Of a DNA stretch of 64,000 nucleotides, positions 1-9,861 are shown piece after piece. A program made the translations under genes and the position numbers. Source of the stretch: Candidatus Multivoradales bacterium (GTDB lineage Bacteria > Acidobacteriota > Thermoanaerobaculia > Multivoradales > JAHEKO01); NCBI GenBank assembly GCA_965223155.1, contig CBDCVR010000014.1, positions 1,088,001 to 1,152,000 of the forward strand, written 5' to 3'. The first letter of the stretch is position 1, and the number at the start of each line of letters is the position of its first letter. The notes under the pieces were generated by a model, which searched no databases, was not told where the DNA came from, and was given only the letters and a program-made list of their open reading frames with translations.

Positions 1-1
1 C

Positions 2-310
2 AAGCACAGCGAAACCATGCCCCAGATCCTCCCGGGTCTGCGCATGACCCAGCACATCGGCGACCTCCAGCGCCTGGCCAAGGACCCGCCGAGCGGCTTT
101 CGCATGTATCTGGGCTACGCCGGCTGGGCCGCGGGGCAGCTGATGACCGAGATCATGCGCAACGACTGGATCGTGGGACCGGTGCTGGACGAATTGCTGT
201 TCACGGAAGATCCCGACACCTCGTGGGGCAAGGCCCTAGTCGGCGCCGGCGTGGATCCGGATGCGCTCCCCTCCTGGACCCCGGACGACGTCGAGGCCGG
301 GATCAACTAG
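2..310 (+). CDS. YqgE/AlgH (DUF179) family protein, 5'-truncated at window edge
   Basis: Motif FRMYLGYAGWAAGQL...E...NDW typical of DUF179; the frame is open to the window start. Confidence 0.85.
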   Translation, partial: KHSETMPQILPGLRMTQHIGDLQRLAKDPPSGFRMYLGYAGWAAGQLMTEIMRNDWIVGPVLDELLFTEDPDTSWGKALVGAGVDPDALPSWTPDDVEAGIN

Positions 311-348
311 GTCCCAGGCGCTTCCCGACTCCGACTTCGACTCGACCG

Positions 349-711
349 ATGCTCAGAGCCCTGGCTCAGATCACTCTCAACGGACTTGGCGTCGTTCTCG
401 CCGGGTATCTGGTGCCAGGCATCCAGTACCAGGGAGGGGTCGGCTACCTGCTGCTCACCGGCCTGGTGTTCGGACTCCTCAACCTGCTCGTCAGGCCCCT
501 GGTAACCCTCCTGTCGCTGCCGGCCGTGGTGCTAACTCTGGGCCTCTTTTTCTTGGTCATCAACGGCTTCATGTTCTATCTCGCCGCCGCGGTCCTCTCG
601 GGCCTCGAAATCACGGGCTGCCTGCCGGCGATCCTGGGCGGTCTGGTGCTGACCCTCTTCAACTGGTTGATCAGCGCCTTCGTTCCCGCGCGACCGGCGA
701 TTCGTCCGTGA
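349..711 (+). CDS. 4-TM membrane protein, YvlD/DUF360 ('phage holin' 4_2) family
   Basis: ATG at 349; hydrophobic; LLNLLVRPLVTLLSLP...LTLGLFFLVING motif. Confidence 0.85.
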   Translation: MLRALAQITLNGLGVVLAGYLVPGIQYQGGVGYLLLTGLVFGLLNLLVRPLVTLLSLPAVVLTLGLFFLVINGFMFYLAAAVLSGLEITGCLPAILGGLVLTLFNWLISAFVPARPAIRP

Positions 712-1376
712 TCACTCCTTCCAAGGCGCGCCGGGAGTCCAAGGCTCGTCGCGCCGAGCGCACCGGCCAGATCCTGGCTCGGCTCAAGGAGCGCTATCCC
801 GACAGCCGTTGCGCTCTGCGCCACCGCAATGCCCTCCAGCTCCTGGTGGCGACCATCCTATCGGCCCAGTGTACGGACAAGAGAGTCAACGAGGTGACTC
901 GAGATCTCTTCCGCAAGTACCGTACGGCCGAGGACTACGCGGGCGCGGATCCGGCCGAGCTCGAGGAGGACGTGCGCTCGACCGGCTTCTACCGCAACAA
1001 GGCGCGCGCGCTCAAAGGTCTGGGGCAGGCACTGGTCGACGACCACAAGAGCCGCGTACCCAAGACCATGGACGAGCTCGTCGCTCTGCCCGGGGTCGGC
1101 CGCAAGACCGCCAACGTGGTCCTGGGCAACGCCTTCGACATCGAGGTGGGCGTCGTCGTCGACACTCACGTCGGGCGCCTGTCGCGCCGCTTGGTTCTGA
1201 CCGAGGAAAAAGATCCGGTCAAGGTCGAGCGGGACTTGATGCGGCTTGTGCCCGAAGGCAGCTGGACTCTTTGGTCCCACCTCTTGATCGACCACGGCCG
1301 GGCCGTGTGCAAGGCTCGCAAGCCTGACTGCAGCGGCTGCTCCCTGGTCGATCTGTGCCCGTCGGCCGAGATCTGA
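708..1376 (+). CDS. nth: Endonuclease III
   Basis: LLVATILSAQCTD, HhH LPGVGRKTANVVL, VVDTHV, C-x6-C-x2-C-x5-C 4Fe-4S motif; GTGA overlap with upstream gene. Confidence 0.95.
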   Translation: MITPSKARRESKARRAERTGQILARLKERYPDSRCALRHRNALQLLVATILSAQCTDKRVNEVTRDLFRKYRTAEDYAGADPAELEEDVRSTGFYRNKARALKGLGQALVDDHKSRVPKTMDELVALPGVGRKTANVVLGNAFDIEVGVVVDTHVGRLSRRLVLTEEKDPVKVERDLMRLVPEGSWTLWSHLLIDHGRAVCKARKPDCSGCSLVDLCPSAEI

Positions 1377-1380
1377 ACCG

Positions 1381-2157
1381 GTGGCGTCCGGACCCTCAGC
1401 GGCGCCCGAGAGCCCCGTGGCCGTCGTCACCGGCGCCAGCTCCGGCATCGGCAGAGCAACCGCCCAAGCGCTGGCCGACGCAGGCTACCGGGTCCTCGTC
1501 GGTGCCCGCCGGCTGGATCGGCTCGAGGGTCTGCTCGGCGGCCTCGGCACCGGCCGGGCCCTGGCCCTCGACGTCACCGATCCCGAGAGCGTCGACGCCT
1601 TCGTCGCGGCCTGTCCGCGCACGATCGATCTCCTCGTCAACAACGCCGGCATCTCGCTGGGTCTCGACGCCGTCGAGCAGTCGAGCGACCGGGACTGGCA
1701 GGCGATGTGGGAGACCAACGTCCTCGGAGTCGTTCGCGTTACCCGCGGGCTGCTGCCGGCGCTACGCCGGTCGGACAACGCCCGGCTGGTCGTCGTGGGC
1801 TCCACTTCGGGCTTCGAGACCTACCGCGGCGGCGCCGGTTACACCTCGAGCAAGCACGCGACGCGCGCGCTGGTCAAGACTCTGCGGCTGGAGCTTCTGG
1901 GCGAACCCATCCGGGTCACCGAGATCTGTCCCGGGCTGGCCGAGACCGAGTTCTCGCTCCATCGCTTCGACTGGGATCGGGAACGCGCGGCCGCCGTCTA
2001 CGCCGGCATGAAGCCGCTTGCCGCCGGAGACGTCGCCGAGGCCATCCTGTTCGCGGTCTCGCGGCCCGCCCACGTCAACGTCGACGAGATCGTCATCCGA
2101 CCGTTGGCTCAGGCGACCGCCACCGAGGTCCGCCGCACGCCCCTGGACGACGGCTAG
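1381..2157 (+). CDS. SDR oxidoreductase (YdfG-like, NADP-dependent)
   Basis: [17 protein letters not shown] catalytic motif, PAHVNVDEI. Confidence 0.9.
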   Translation: MASGPSAAPESPVAVVTGASSGIGRATAQALADAGYRVLVGARRLDRLEGLLGGLGTGRALALDVTDPESVDAFVAACPRTIDLLVNNAGISLGLDAVEQSSDRDWQAMWETNVLGVVRVTRGLLPALRRSDNARLVVVGSTSGFETYRGGAGYTSSKHATRALVKTLRLELLGEPIRVTEICPGLAETEFSLHRFDWDRERAAAVYAGMKPLAAGDVAEAILFAVSRPAHVNVDEIVIRPLAQATATEVRRTPLDDG

Positions 2158-2621
2158 CCGGAACCGGTCGAGCCAAAGCCGCCGCCACCCCGCTCGCTCT
2201 CGGCAAGCTCGGAAACTTCCTCGAGCGCCACTTCCGGAACCGGCGCCAGAACCAGTTGGGCGATGCGCTCGCCCCGGGCGATCGCGACCGGCTCCTCCCC
2301 TAGATTGACCAGCAGAACCTGGACTTCGCCGCGGTAGTCGCTGTCGATCGTACCGGGCGCGTTGACCAGCGCCAGCCCGTAGCGGGCGGCGAGCCCGCTC
2401 CGCGGCCGCACCTGCCCTTCCCAGCCGTCCGGAATCTGCATCGCCAGTCCGGTCGGAACCCGGGCTCGAGCTCCCGGAGAAAGGGTCAGGGGGCGATCGG
2501 CGGGCAGCGCGGCCCGCAGGTCGAGGCCGGCGCTGCCGCTCGAGGCCGGCGTCGGCAGCTCGAGACCGGCGCCATGCTCCAGGCGCTTGACCCGGAGGCG
2601 AATCCGCCGCCGCTCGGTCAT
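2154..2621 (-). CDS. dut: dUTP diphosphatase
   Basis: [39 protein letters not shown]; start taken at ATG 2621. Confidence 0.95.
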   Translation of the reverse strand: MTERRRIRLRVKRLEHGAGLELPTPASSGSAGLDLRAALPADRPLTLSPGARARVPTGLAMQIPDGWEGQVRPRSGLAARYGLALVNAPGTIDSDYRGEVQVLLVNLGEEPVAIARGERIAQLVLAPVPEVALEEVSELAESERGGGGFGSTGSG

Positions 2622-2646
2622 GCCGATCGACTCGGCAAGCCCCACG

Positions 2647-2668
2647 AGCTGAGCCAGCTGAGCCAGCT
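2647..2668. repeat. 9-bp tandem repeat (AGCTGAGCC)x2.4, intergenic
   Basis: agctgagcc agctgagcc agct read directly. Confidence 0.6.
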
Positions 2669-3528
2669 CAACCCTGACTCCGGCGCGGACCGCGGCGCCT
2701 TCCCCGGCGGAGGCCGTCCGCATCGCGATCCACCGGCCGCCGATCGTCGGTATCGAAGACGTCCGTAGGCGAGGTTCCGCGTTTGGGCTCGATGCCGTTC
2801 GGAAACGGCCTGCCGATCCAGTTGGCATGCAGCCGGGGCATGACGTCGGCCCCGCTCGGCCCCGCCATCGCCGGAATCAAATCGGCGGAAAAGCGCCATT
2901 CCTTGTAGTTCGAGCTACCCTGAAAGGTCTTGAGAGCCTTGCCGTCGACCAGACTGTGGACGCCGATGATCGGAGCCACCGAGACCTGCTGCCCCCGGCG
3001 CGGCAGGAAGCTCCCCCGCTCCCTGGGATCCGGGATTCGCTGACGGGGAGAGGTCGAAGCGGCGTCGCCGCGGCGCGAGCGCAGCCGCCGACGGGTCTCC
3101 GCGGCCTCGTCCCCGTCGCCGGTGTCCTCGGCGTCGTCCCGTCCACTGTTGCGGTCTCCCAGCCCACCACCCAGTTGGCGGCCGGCGGCGGGATTCGGAT
3201 TCCCGGTGGCAGCCAGGATCAGCCCCCATTCGGGCTCGTCGTTCAGGGGGTCGGTCCAGAGCTGCCGAATCGACCGCGGCTCGACCTCGACCAGCTCTTC
3301 GAGCCGAGTCGGAAACCGGCCCGTGCGCTTCTGAAAGATCCTGATCGCCTCGGCGTACTGCAACCCTCGAAAGATTAGCTCCTCTTCCTTGTCCCGCTGG
3401 GCGAGCTTGCTCCAGTGCGGCAGCGAAGCCGCGACGCCGATGTTGAGCACAGCGATCAGCACCATCAAGGCGACCAGGTTGTAGCCGCCCTGGCGCGTTC
3501 GGACGATCCGCCGAGGCCCGCTCACCAT
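2668..3528 (-). CDS. Minor pseudopilin/pilin lacking Glu5 (GspK/PilX-like)
   Basis: Class III signal G|[13 protein letters not shown] with A at +5; REEELIFRG-like motif; position in T2SS/T4P operon. Confidence 0.75.
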   Translation of the reverse strand: MVSGPRRIVRTRQGGYNLVALMVLIAVLNIGVAASLPHWSKLAQRDKEEELIFRGLQYAEAIRIFQKRTGRFPTRLEELVEVEPRSIRQLWTDPLNDEPEWGLILAATGNPNPAAGRQLGGGLGDRNSGRDDAEDTGDGDEAAETRRRLRSRRGDAASTSPRQRIPDPRERGSFLPRRGQQVSVAPIIGVHSLVDGKALKTFQGSSNYKEWRFSADLIPAMAGPSGADVMPRLHANWIGRPFPNGIEPKRGTSPTDVFDTDDRRPVDRDADGLRRGRRRGPRRSQG

Positions 3529-3950
3529 TCGCTGTACGGGGTCCCGTCGAGCGCGGCGCCGTCGGATCCCGAATGAACGTCGATAATGCCTGGCGCGCCG
3601 TCCTCGGGAAGATCGGTCTCGGCCGGAAACACATCATCGACCTGATTATCGTATTCGAGAACCCAGGTGTCCGTGCTCCGAGTCATCGGATCGCGAGGGA
3701 CCGCGCGCAGGTAGCCCTCATCGACGAGTACCTCCAGGGTCGGTGGATAGTGCCCCTTGTCGGCCAGGTGCTGGTCGATGACGTCGCGAATCGCGTGCAG
3801 GTTGTTGCGGAGCACCGCCTCCCGCGCCCGCGTGGGCACGTTGCGCATCGCCGGCATGGCGATGGTCGCCAGAATCCCGACGATCGAAATAACGACAATC
3901 AACTCCAGAAGGGTGAAACCCCGGGGGGATCCGGTAGGTCGTCTGGTCAT
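3522..3950 (-). CDS. Type II secretion pseudopilin (GspG-like)
   Basis: G|FTLLELIVVISIVGILATIAMP; YP.TL..LV..GYLR.VP.DP; RBS GGAG before ATG 3950. Confidence 0.9.
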   Translation of the reverse strand: MTRRPTGSPRGFTLLELIVVISIVGILATIAMPAMRNVPTRAREAVLRNNLHAIRDVIDQHLADKGHYPPTLEVLVDEGYLRAVPRDPMTRSTDTWVLEYDNQVDDVFPAETDLPEDGAPGIIDVHSGSDGAALDGTPYSEW

Positions 3951-3958
3951 GGATTCTC

Positions 3959-4441
3959 CTACCACTCCGAGTACGGGATGTGGTTGAGCCCCGTGCCCTC
4001 GCTGAGCGAATAGACGTCGTAGACGTTCTCTCCGCCCCAGAAGTCCGAGTCCCAATCGTCCTGAAAGCTCCGCTTGCCCCATTCCGAGTCTCCGGTCATC
4101 GGATCCAGGGGAATCTTGCGCAGGAAGCGAAACCGGGTACCGACCTGGCCCACCAGCTCGACGCCCTCGACCAGATCCTCGAGCTCGGCCGGGTAGCCGT
4201 CCGTGCCCAGCTCGAGCGGAATCAGTCCGGCGTCGCTAAAGCGCTTGTACTCGTCGATGGCGTTGCGCATCATTCGCAGGCTTTGTCGCAGGCTCGCCTC
4301 CTTCTGGCGCTTGATCGCGTACTTGGCGATGGGCGCGACCGATCCGGCCAGGATCGTCAAGACGGCCGCCACCATCACCATCTCGGCGAGAGTGAAACCC
4401 AGCTCGCGCTGGTGGCGACTCCGGTTGGCCTGAAGGATCAC
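3959..4441 (-). CDS. Type II secretion pseudopilin (GspG-like)
   Basis: G|FTLAEMVMVAAVLTILA; FLRKIPLDPMTG; shares the C-terminal PYSEW with its neighbour; GTG 4441 after GGAG. Confidence 0.88.
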   Translation of the reverse strand: MILQANRSRHQRELGFTLAEMVMVAAVLTILAGSVAPIAKYAIKRQKEASLRQSLRMMRNAIDEYKRFSDAGLIPLELGTDGYPAELEDLVEGVELVGQVGTRFRFLRKIPLDPMTGDSEWGKRSFQDDWDSDFWGGENVYDVYSLSEGTGLNHIPYSEW

Positions 4442-4494
4442 GGTCGCTCCGGTCTGACAATCCACGGCCGCCGTCGCGGCACACGCCATCGCGG

Positions 4495-7080
4495 CTAGCG
4501 GGGCTCCTGCTCGGCCTCACTCCCGCGCTGGTCGCGTTCTCGGGTCTGACCGGGCAAGACGACCTCGATCGCGGTCTCCCGGGCCAGAACCGGTCCGACC
4601 GCGGCCAAGCCGTCGTCAAGGGCCTTGACCCGGCTCAGCCGGATCTCGCTCCTGCCCACGTCATGAGCGCGGAAGGCCAGGCGCGCCAGGGTACCGCTAC
4701 CCGAGACCGCGCCCACCTCGCCGAGCCGGCTGGCGCCCACGATGACCCGGCCGGGAGACGACGCATTGGCCAGGACCTCGACGGCGTCGGCATCTCCGAG
4801 AAACTCACCCTGCTCGACGCCTTCGAAGCTCAGGACTCGGGGGTCGAACTCGACGGTCATCGGCAGGTGGGCCACCGGCGTGCCCGCGTCCACGGCCAGC
4901 AGAACCTCGAAGACCGAGCCGATTTCGACCCAATCGGAGATCGTCCGGAGAGCGACCAGGACGCCGCCGGTCTCGGTAGCCGCCGAGCTGGAGGTGGCGG
5001 ATCCCTCAGAGGACGCGCTGGCCTGCTCGCCGGCCTCCTCCACGTCGCCGACCATCAGCGATGCGACCTGCATCGCCACTTCGGCGGATTCATCGACGGG
5101 CGCCTCGGTCAAGAGGGCGTCGGGCACGATCACGATCGAGCGCTGAGCCAGGCCGGGGTCCTCGTCGGGATCGCCACCGAAGGCGTCGCCCGGAGCCGAC
5201 GAGGGCGCCAGATCGATTCCGGCCGGCGCCTGCTCCTCCGCCTCTCCTTGAGGAGGATCCGGCTGCTGAAGCCCGCGCGGAAGATTCTGAATCCGTCGCC
5301 GGATCATTTCCCGGATGCGCTCGGCATCGCTCTCCCCGCCACCCTCGTCAAAGGGTCCTTCCACCTCGGATTCCACCCGCGGGCTGCCGCCGCGGAAGGT
5401 GATGTTGGCCTCGGTGCCGACCCAGATTGGCAGCAGGTCCTCCTCGGTGATGTCCGGGGTCCGGATGATATGAGGCGTCATGGTCAGAACCACGTCGGTC
5501 CGGCTCTTGTCGCTGCGTTTCCGGGAGAACAAGCGCCCGATCACGGGAATGTCCGAGAGCCCCGGTAGTCCAGTCTCGCTTTTCTGTTCCCCGGTCCGGA
5601 TCAGCCCGGCCAGGAAGTTGGTCTCGCCGTTCTTGAGGCGAATCGTGGACTCGATCGTGCGGGTAGCGATGATCGGCTGGTTCTGTCCCCCGGTGCCCTC
5701 CACGAAGCCGGACAGGTCGCTCACCTCGACCTGAAGCTTCAAGGTGATCTCCTTGTTGTGATGGATGCGGGGCTCGATGTCGAGCCGGATTCCGACCTCC
5801 TGGTACTGGAACGAGGTAATCGGGACCACCTGCTGGCCCGAGAGGTTGGCGGTGTTGAAGGAAGTCACCGGGATGGGCACCCGATCGCCGATGTGGAGTG
5901 TGGCCTGCTCGCCGTCGCTGATTCGAAGCTGCGGGCTTGCCAGCAGCTCGGCATCGGTGCTGTTCTTGATGAACTTGTAGGTGATGCCCGGGATGGTGAC
6001 GAACCAGTTGCCCTGGTTGATGAATTCGAGATCTGAGACTCGTACCGTGTTGTTGGTGACGCCGTCCGCGTCGGCCTGACCGAAGGACTGGACGATGAAG
6101 TTCTGGGACAGCTCCACGCCCAGCTCGCGGATCTTGTTGCTATTGATCTGGAGGAGTTCGACGTCCACGACGACTTCGCCGCGGGCCTTGTCGTTGGTGT
6201 GGATGATCCGCTCGGCCACCTTGACCTTGTCGGCCGTGTCGCGCAGCACGATGGCGTTGAGCAGATCGTTCGACGCCACGTTCTTGGCCCCGACCAGGCT
6301 CCGTAGCATGGTCATGACGTCCTTGACCTCGGCGTTCGACAGGAAGAACGTCTGGATCACCAGGTCTTCGTAGTTGCGCCGGTTCTGGGGCGAATCCTCG
6401 GCAACGATAATGGTCGAGTCATCCAGCACTTTGTAAAAGTGGTTCGCCGTACGCATCAGGATCTCGAGGGCGTCCTGGGCGACCACCTCGCGCAGCTCGA
6501 TGGCGACCTGCTGGTCCCGCATCTTGGGATCGAACAGGATGTTGATGCCGAAGGCGTTGCCGAGCGCGCGGTAGATGTCGAAGACCGAGACCGGTCTGGG
6601 AAAGCCCAGGGAAATGGCTTCGTCGGACCTAGGGCTCAGGACCGGCGGCTGCGGCCGGCTCCCCCGATTCCGGTCTTTCAGATCCTGCAGAGACTCGTAG
6701 TAGGCGCCACCCTCGCGGCTCAGCAGGCGCTCGCGCAGCTTTTCGAGCTCGACCTGCGCGTACTGGTTGGTGGGGTCAAGCTGAACCGCCTGCTGATACT
6801 CCGCGAAGGCGCGCTCGAGGGCGTTGGCGTCCTGGAACTTCTTGCCGCGCTCGAAGTGGGCCTGGGAGGCTCGGATCTTGGCGCGAAGGAGACCCGTGCG
6901 GTAGGGCACCCGGTTGGGGAACTCATCCACCAATTCGAGGTAGTGCAAGACCGCCTGGTCCCAATCGCCCACCTCTTCCGCCGCCTGAGCCTGACGGAAG
7001 GCCCGGTTGGCCGTGCATGCCTGGGTCAGCAGCAACACAGCCACCAGCCCCCAACCCAGTAGAAGAGTTCTCCGCTTCAT
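4495..7080 (-). CDS. gspD: Secretin (GspD/PilQ family) with N-terminal lipobox + TPRs and C-terminal cohesin-like domain
   Basis: Secretin core motifs (GLPGLSDIPVIGRLFS, TPHII, IGDRVPI); LLLTQAC lipobox; TPR helices; beta-rich tail FDPRVLSF...GSGTLARLAF. Confidence 0.9.
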   Translation of the reverse strand: MKRRTLLLGWGLVAVLLLTQACTANRAFRQAQAAEEVGDWDQAVLHYLELVDEFPNRVPYRTGLLRAKIRASQAHFERGKKFQDANALERAFAEYQQAVQLDPTNQYAQVELEKLRERLLSREGGAYYESLQDLKDRNRGSRPQPPVLSPRSDEAISLGFPRPVSVFDIYRALGNAFGINILFDPKMRDQQVAIELREVVAQDALEILMRTANHFYKVLDDSTIIVAEDSPQNRRNYEDLVIQTFFLSNAEVKDVMTMLRSLVGAKNVASNDLLNAIVLRDTADKVKVAERIIHTNDKARGEVVVDVELLQINSNKIRELGVELSQNFIVQSFGQADADGVTNNTVRVSDLEFINQGNWFVTIPGITYKFIKNSTDAELLASPQLRISDGEQATLHIGDRVPIPVTSFNTANLSGQQVVPITSFQYQEVGIRLDIEPRIHHNKEITLKLQVEVSDLSGFVEGTGGQNQPIIATRTIESTIRLKNGETNFLAGLIRTGEQKSETGLPGLSDIPVIGRLFSRKRSDKSRTDVVLTMTPHIIRTPDITEEDLLPIWVGTEANITFRGGSPRVESEVEGPFDEGGGESDAERIREMIRRRIQNLPRGLQQPDPPQGEAEEQAPAGIDLAPSSAPGDAFGGDPDEDPGLAQRSIVIVPDALLTEAPVDESAEVAMQVASLMVGDVEEAGEQASASSEGSATSSSAATETGGVLVALRTISDWVEIGSVFEVLLAVDAGTPVAHLPMTVEFDPRVLSFEGVEQGEFLGDADAVEVLANASSPGRVIVGASRLGEVGAVSGSGTLARLAFRAHDVGRSEIRLSRVKALDDGLAAVGPVLARETAIEVVLPGQTRERDQRGSEAEQEPR

Positions 7081-7116
7081 CGCTTAGCCTCGTAGCGGAC
7101 CGTAGTCGTGAGCTTC

Positions 7117-7677
7117 CTAACCACCCGCCGCCAATCTCTTGGGCGGCAGTTGAGGAAACTTCACGTACTTCAGGTCCGCGGATTCGTAGTTGATGCTATC
7201 CACCACAAAGTGGTCCTTTAGGATACCGCCCTTTTGTACGTTGTAGATGTCCTGGCCGTCTGTAAAGACGGCAATCATGTTGCTCTCGGGACCGAAGCTA
7301 CCGAGATAGGTGACGTCCACCGCCGGCGGCGTCGGGGCGGGCGGCCTCCGAGCCGCCGCGCGCGCCGCCGCGTTTGGCTGGGCCGGCCGCGTCGCCGGCC
7401 GGGGCGCCGGCCGAGGCGTCGGCCGGGGCGGCGGCGGAGCTGGGGGCACGTAGAAGCGAAACGGATCGCGACCCGGCGAGTAGCCGCCGGGTCTGCGCTC
7501 GAGGGCACCGATCTCCAGAGCCGCGAGCGCCGGCGCCTCGACCACCTGGCCGGACGGTGAGAATCCGAAGAGCGTTCCACCTTCCTCGGACTGGCGCAGC
7601 CGCAGCAGCAAGAACCAGAGCGCCCAGCCGACGACGAGCACCGTCAGAACCACCGCGAGCTTGCGTTGCCGGTCCAT
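7117..7677 (-). CDS. PilP/GspC-like assembly protein, Pro-rich
   Basis: N-terminal TM, GRDPF motif, Pro-rich linker, short beta domain; position between PilO-like gene and secretin. Confidence 0.6.
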   Translation of the reverse strand: MDRQRKLAVVLTVLVVGWALWFLLLRLRQSEEGGTLFGFSPSGQVVEAPALAALEIGALERRPGGYSPGRDPFRFYVPPAPPPPRPTPRPAPRPATRPAQPNAAARAAARRPPAPTPPAVDVTYLGSFGPESNMIAVFTDGQDIYNVQKGGILKDHFVVDSINYESADLKYVKFPQLPPKRLAAGG

Positions 7678-7686
7678 CTCTAGCCC

Positions 7687-8295
7687 TTAGCCCTCGGGAC
7701 CACCGGCTTCCCGGGCGTCGGCGGCCTGGACCGGCGCGCCTAGCGTGAACAAGGTCGAGAGTTGCAGCGAGATGTCGAGATTCTGCCCGGCCGAGTCCGA
7801 GCCCCGGAGGGTAACCCCTTCCAGGATCAGAAAGGCGTTGGACAGCTCGAACAGGTTGACGAGCTGACGCAGCTGCTCGTACGAGCCGATCACCGCGAAA
7901 TCGATCGAGCGGCGCAGCACGCGCTGTCCCTCCAGACGCTCGCGACCGTACGCAATGGCCGACGGCCGGACACCGGCGCGGCGGCACAACTCCTTGACCT
8001 CGGCCAGGACACGCGTGAGCGACTCGCTCTCGGGAGCGAGCCGCTCGCCGTAGAACTCGGCCAGCCCGGCGCGACTGGTCCGGACGCGATAGACGGCCTC
8101 TTCGGCTTGGGTGCGGTGCGCGCGCAGCTCGTCGAGCTCACCGGCCCGCCGGCTCAAACGGCTGCGGCCCGCCTCGACGTCGGTCGAGAACGTCGTCAAG
8201 AACACCAGGAGCCCAACCACATTGACCGCCAGAAACAGCGCCGCCGGCAGCCAGCGCCGGTGGTTCTCGCTCCAGGCGTCCACCCGGCCGCTCAC
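7687..8295 (-). CDS. PilO/GspM-like protein
   Basis: TM + coiled coil + ferredoxin-like motif GSYEQLRQLVNLFE. Confidence 0.75.
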   Translation of the reverse strand: MSGRVDAWSENHRRWLPAALFLAVNVVGLLVFLTTFSTDVEAGRSRLSRRAGELDELRAHRTQAEEAVYRVRTSRAGLAEFYGERLAPESESLTRVLAEVKELCRRAGVRPSAIAYGRERLEGQRVLRRSIDFAVIGSYEQLRQLVNLFELSNAFLILEGVTLRGSDSAGQNLDISLQLSTLFTLGAPVQAADAREAGGPEG

Positions 8296-8912
8296 GACTC
8301 GGCCCCGATCTGGCCCTGCGGCTCGTCCGGCCGCTCGTCCGGAAGGTAGACGACCGAGATCGAATAGGCGATGACACCAGCGTCGTTGCGACTCTCCCGC
8401 TTGAGGTTCGGCTCCAGAAACGCGGGATGGGCGAACATGCCATCAATCAGGGCCAGAAGCGCCTCGTCGGTGCGCGCTTCCCCGGCGAGGTCTAGAACCA
8501 CCCCCGCCGGCTCGGCCCCGCTCGTACTCCGCTCCCGGGACTCGAATTGGGGTGTCAGATCGGTCAACCGGGCCTCTCGGGGCAAGATCGCCGCCAGGCG
8601 GTCGAAGAGCTGACTCCATGAGAACGTACGCTCCCGGATTCGCTCATTGACGAACTCCACCTCGGCATTGAGCCGGCCAAAATTCTGTGCCCGCAGCTCA
8701 TCGTTGGCGGCCCGCAGCCGCTCGTCTTCGAGCTCGAGCTCGACGGCAACCTCGCTGAGGCCGGTCTCGGTCTCGCCCTGACCGGTGAAGAACCACCAGT
8801 AGAGGAAGCCGTTGAGCACCAGCAACGCCAGACCCACGATCCACAGCATGCGGGAGGTTCGCACCACCGGCCGCGCATTGACGAACGGCTTGCGCGCCAG
8901 ATTGAGACTCAC
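8292..8912 (-). CDS. PilN/GspL-like protein
   Basis: LNLARKPF start, TM, coiled coil, WSQLFDRLAAILP. Confidence 0.78.
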   Translation of the reverse strand: MSLNLARKPFVNARPVVRTSRMLWIVGLALLVLNGFLYWWFFTGQGETETGLSEVAVELELEDERLRAANDELRAQNFGRLNAEVEFVNERIRERTFSWSQLFDRLAAILPREARLTDLTPQFESRERSTSGAEPAGVVLDLAGEARTDEALLALIDGMFAHPAFLEPNLKRESRNDAGVIAYSISVVYLPDERPDEPQGQIGAES

Positions 8913-8913
8913 C

Positions 8914-9861
8914 TCAGGCAACCTCCCGTAAGCCGGCGCCCAGAAGGGGCGCCGCCTCGTCGATGCCCAGCGGATCGAAGCCGCGCAGGTGGCGCCAGGC
9001 ATCGCTCACTTGCGCCACCGGACATTCGAAGACCTCCTCGAGCACCATGCGCCAGCTCGGCTCCACACCGGGAGGGGCGACCAGGAGCACCTCGGAGGGC
9101 TTCTTCTGGCCGGCTTTTTCGACCAGGAAGTTGCGGGTGAGCGAAAGCTCCCGCCGGGCGCCGGCCAGGTGGACGTCGCCACTCGAGCTCTTGCCGCGCA
9201 CCACCACCGGCTGTCCGAAGCGAGCTCCGACGACCGAGTAGCGCTCGCCGGTCACCGCCACCGCCACCACCGACTCGGCCCGCGCGAGCGAGCCGCGCAA
9301 GGCTTCGAGAAGCGACAACGTACGGTTCGAGATCCAACCGATCCGGATGCCGCGGCCGGCAAAAAGATCCTCGAGCTGGGCGAGGGCCGCTTCGACTCCG
9401 AATCCCACCAGCAGCCGGGTGCCGTCGCCGCCGCCCACCGCCGGCAGCGTCTCGAAGGCCACCCGCAGCTCAGAGACCCGGAAGGGCACGCTCCGCTTGA
9501 GCTTGAAGCGCACGATCTCGTCGCGCTCGTCGCGTCCCCGGGGCCAGGCGTCGGTCTCTACGATTGCCAGGCGCACCCAATCATCGGGCACCACCAGAGA
9601 GGCCTCGGCGAGCGGCGAGGTCAGGCGAGCCAGAAGGGCGTCGAGCGCTCGGCCCAGCCCCTCGAGATCGCGCACGGTGCCGCCAAACGGACCCGCTTGG
9701 AAGCAGGATTCCGGCAGCTGCTCGACCGCGAGCTCACGACACGACGGCGCTTCTTCCCCGTCCGCATCCAGGCTCACGAACACCAGTCGGCTCTCGTCCA
9801 GGCCCACGACGTGGGGCGGCACCCGGACGGGATCCAGGCCGAAAAGGGTCTTAGTCCACAA
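8914..9861 (-). CDS. PilM-like cytoplasmic protein
   Basis: Actin-like N-terminus (GLDESRLVFV), RFKLKRSVPF; operon position. Confidence 0.7.
   Translation of the reverse strand: MWTKTLFGLDPVRVPPHVVGLDESRLVFVSLDADGEEAPSCRELAVEQLPESCFQAGPFGGTVRDLEGLGRALDALLARLTSPLAEASLVVPDDWVRLAIVETDAWPRGRDERDEIVRFKLKRSVPFRVSELRVAFETLPAVGGGDGTRLLVGFGVEAALAQLEDLFAGRGIRIGWISNRTLSLLEALRGSLARAESVVAVAVTGERYSVVGARFGQPVVVRGKSSSGDVHLAGARRELSLTRNFLVEKAGQKKPSEVLLVAPPGVEPSWRMVLEEVFECPVAQVSDAWRHLRGFDPLGIDEAAPLLGAGLREVA

Noticed and set aside
349-711. 'Phage holin' as evidence of a prophage
   Set aside because: This family is commonly chromosomal; no phage genes nearby
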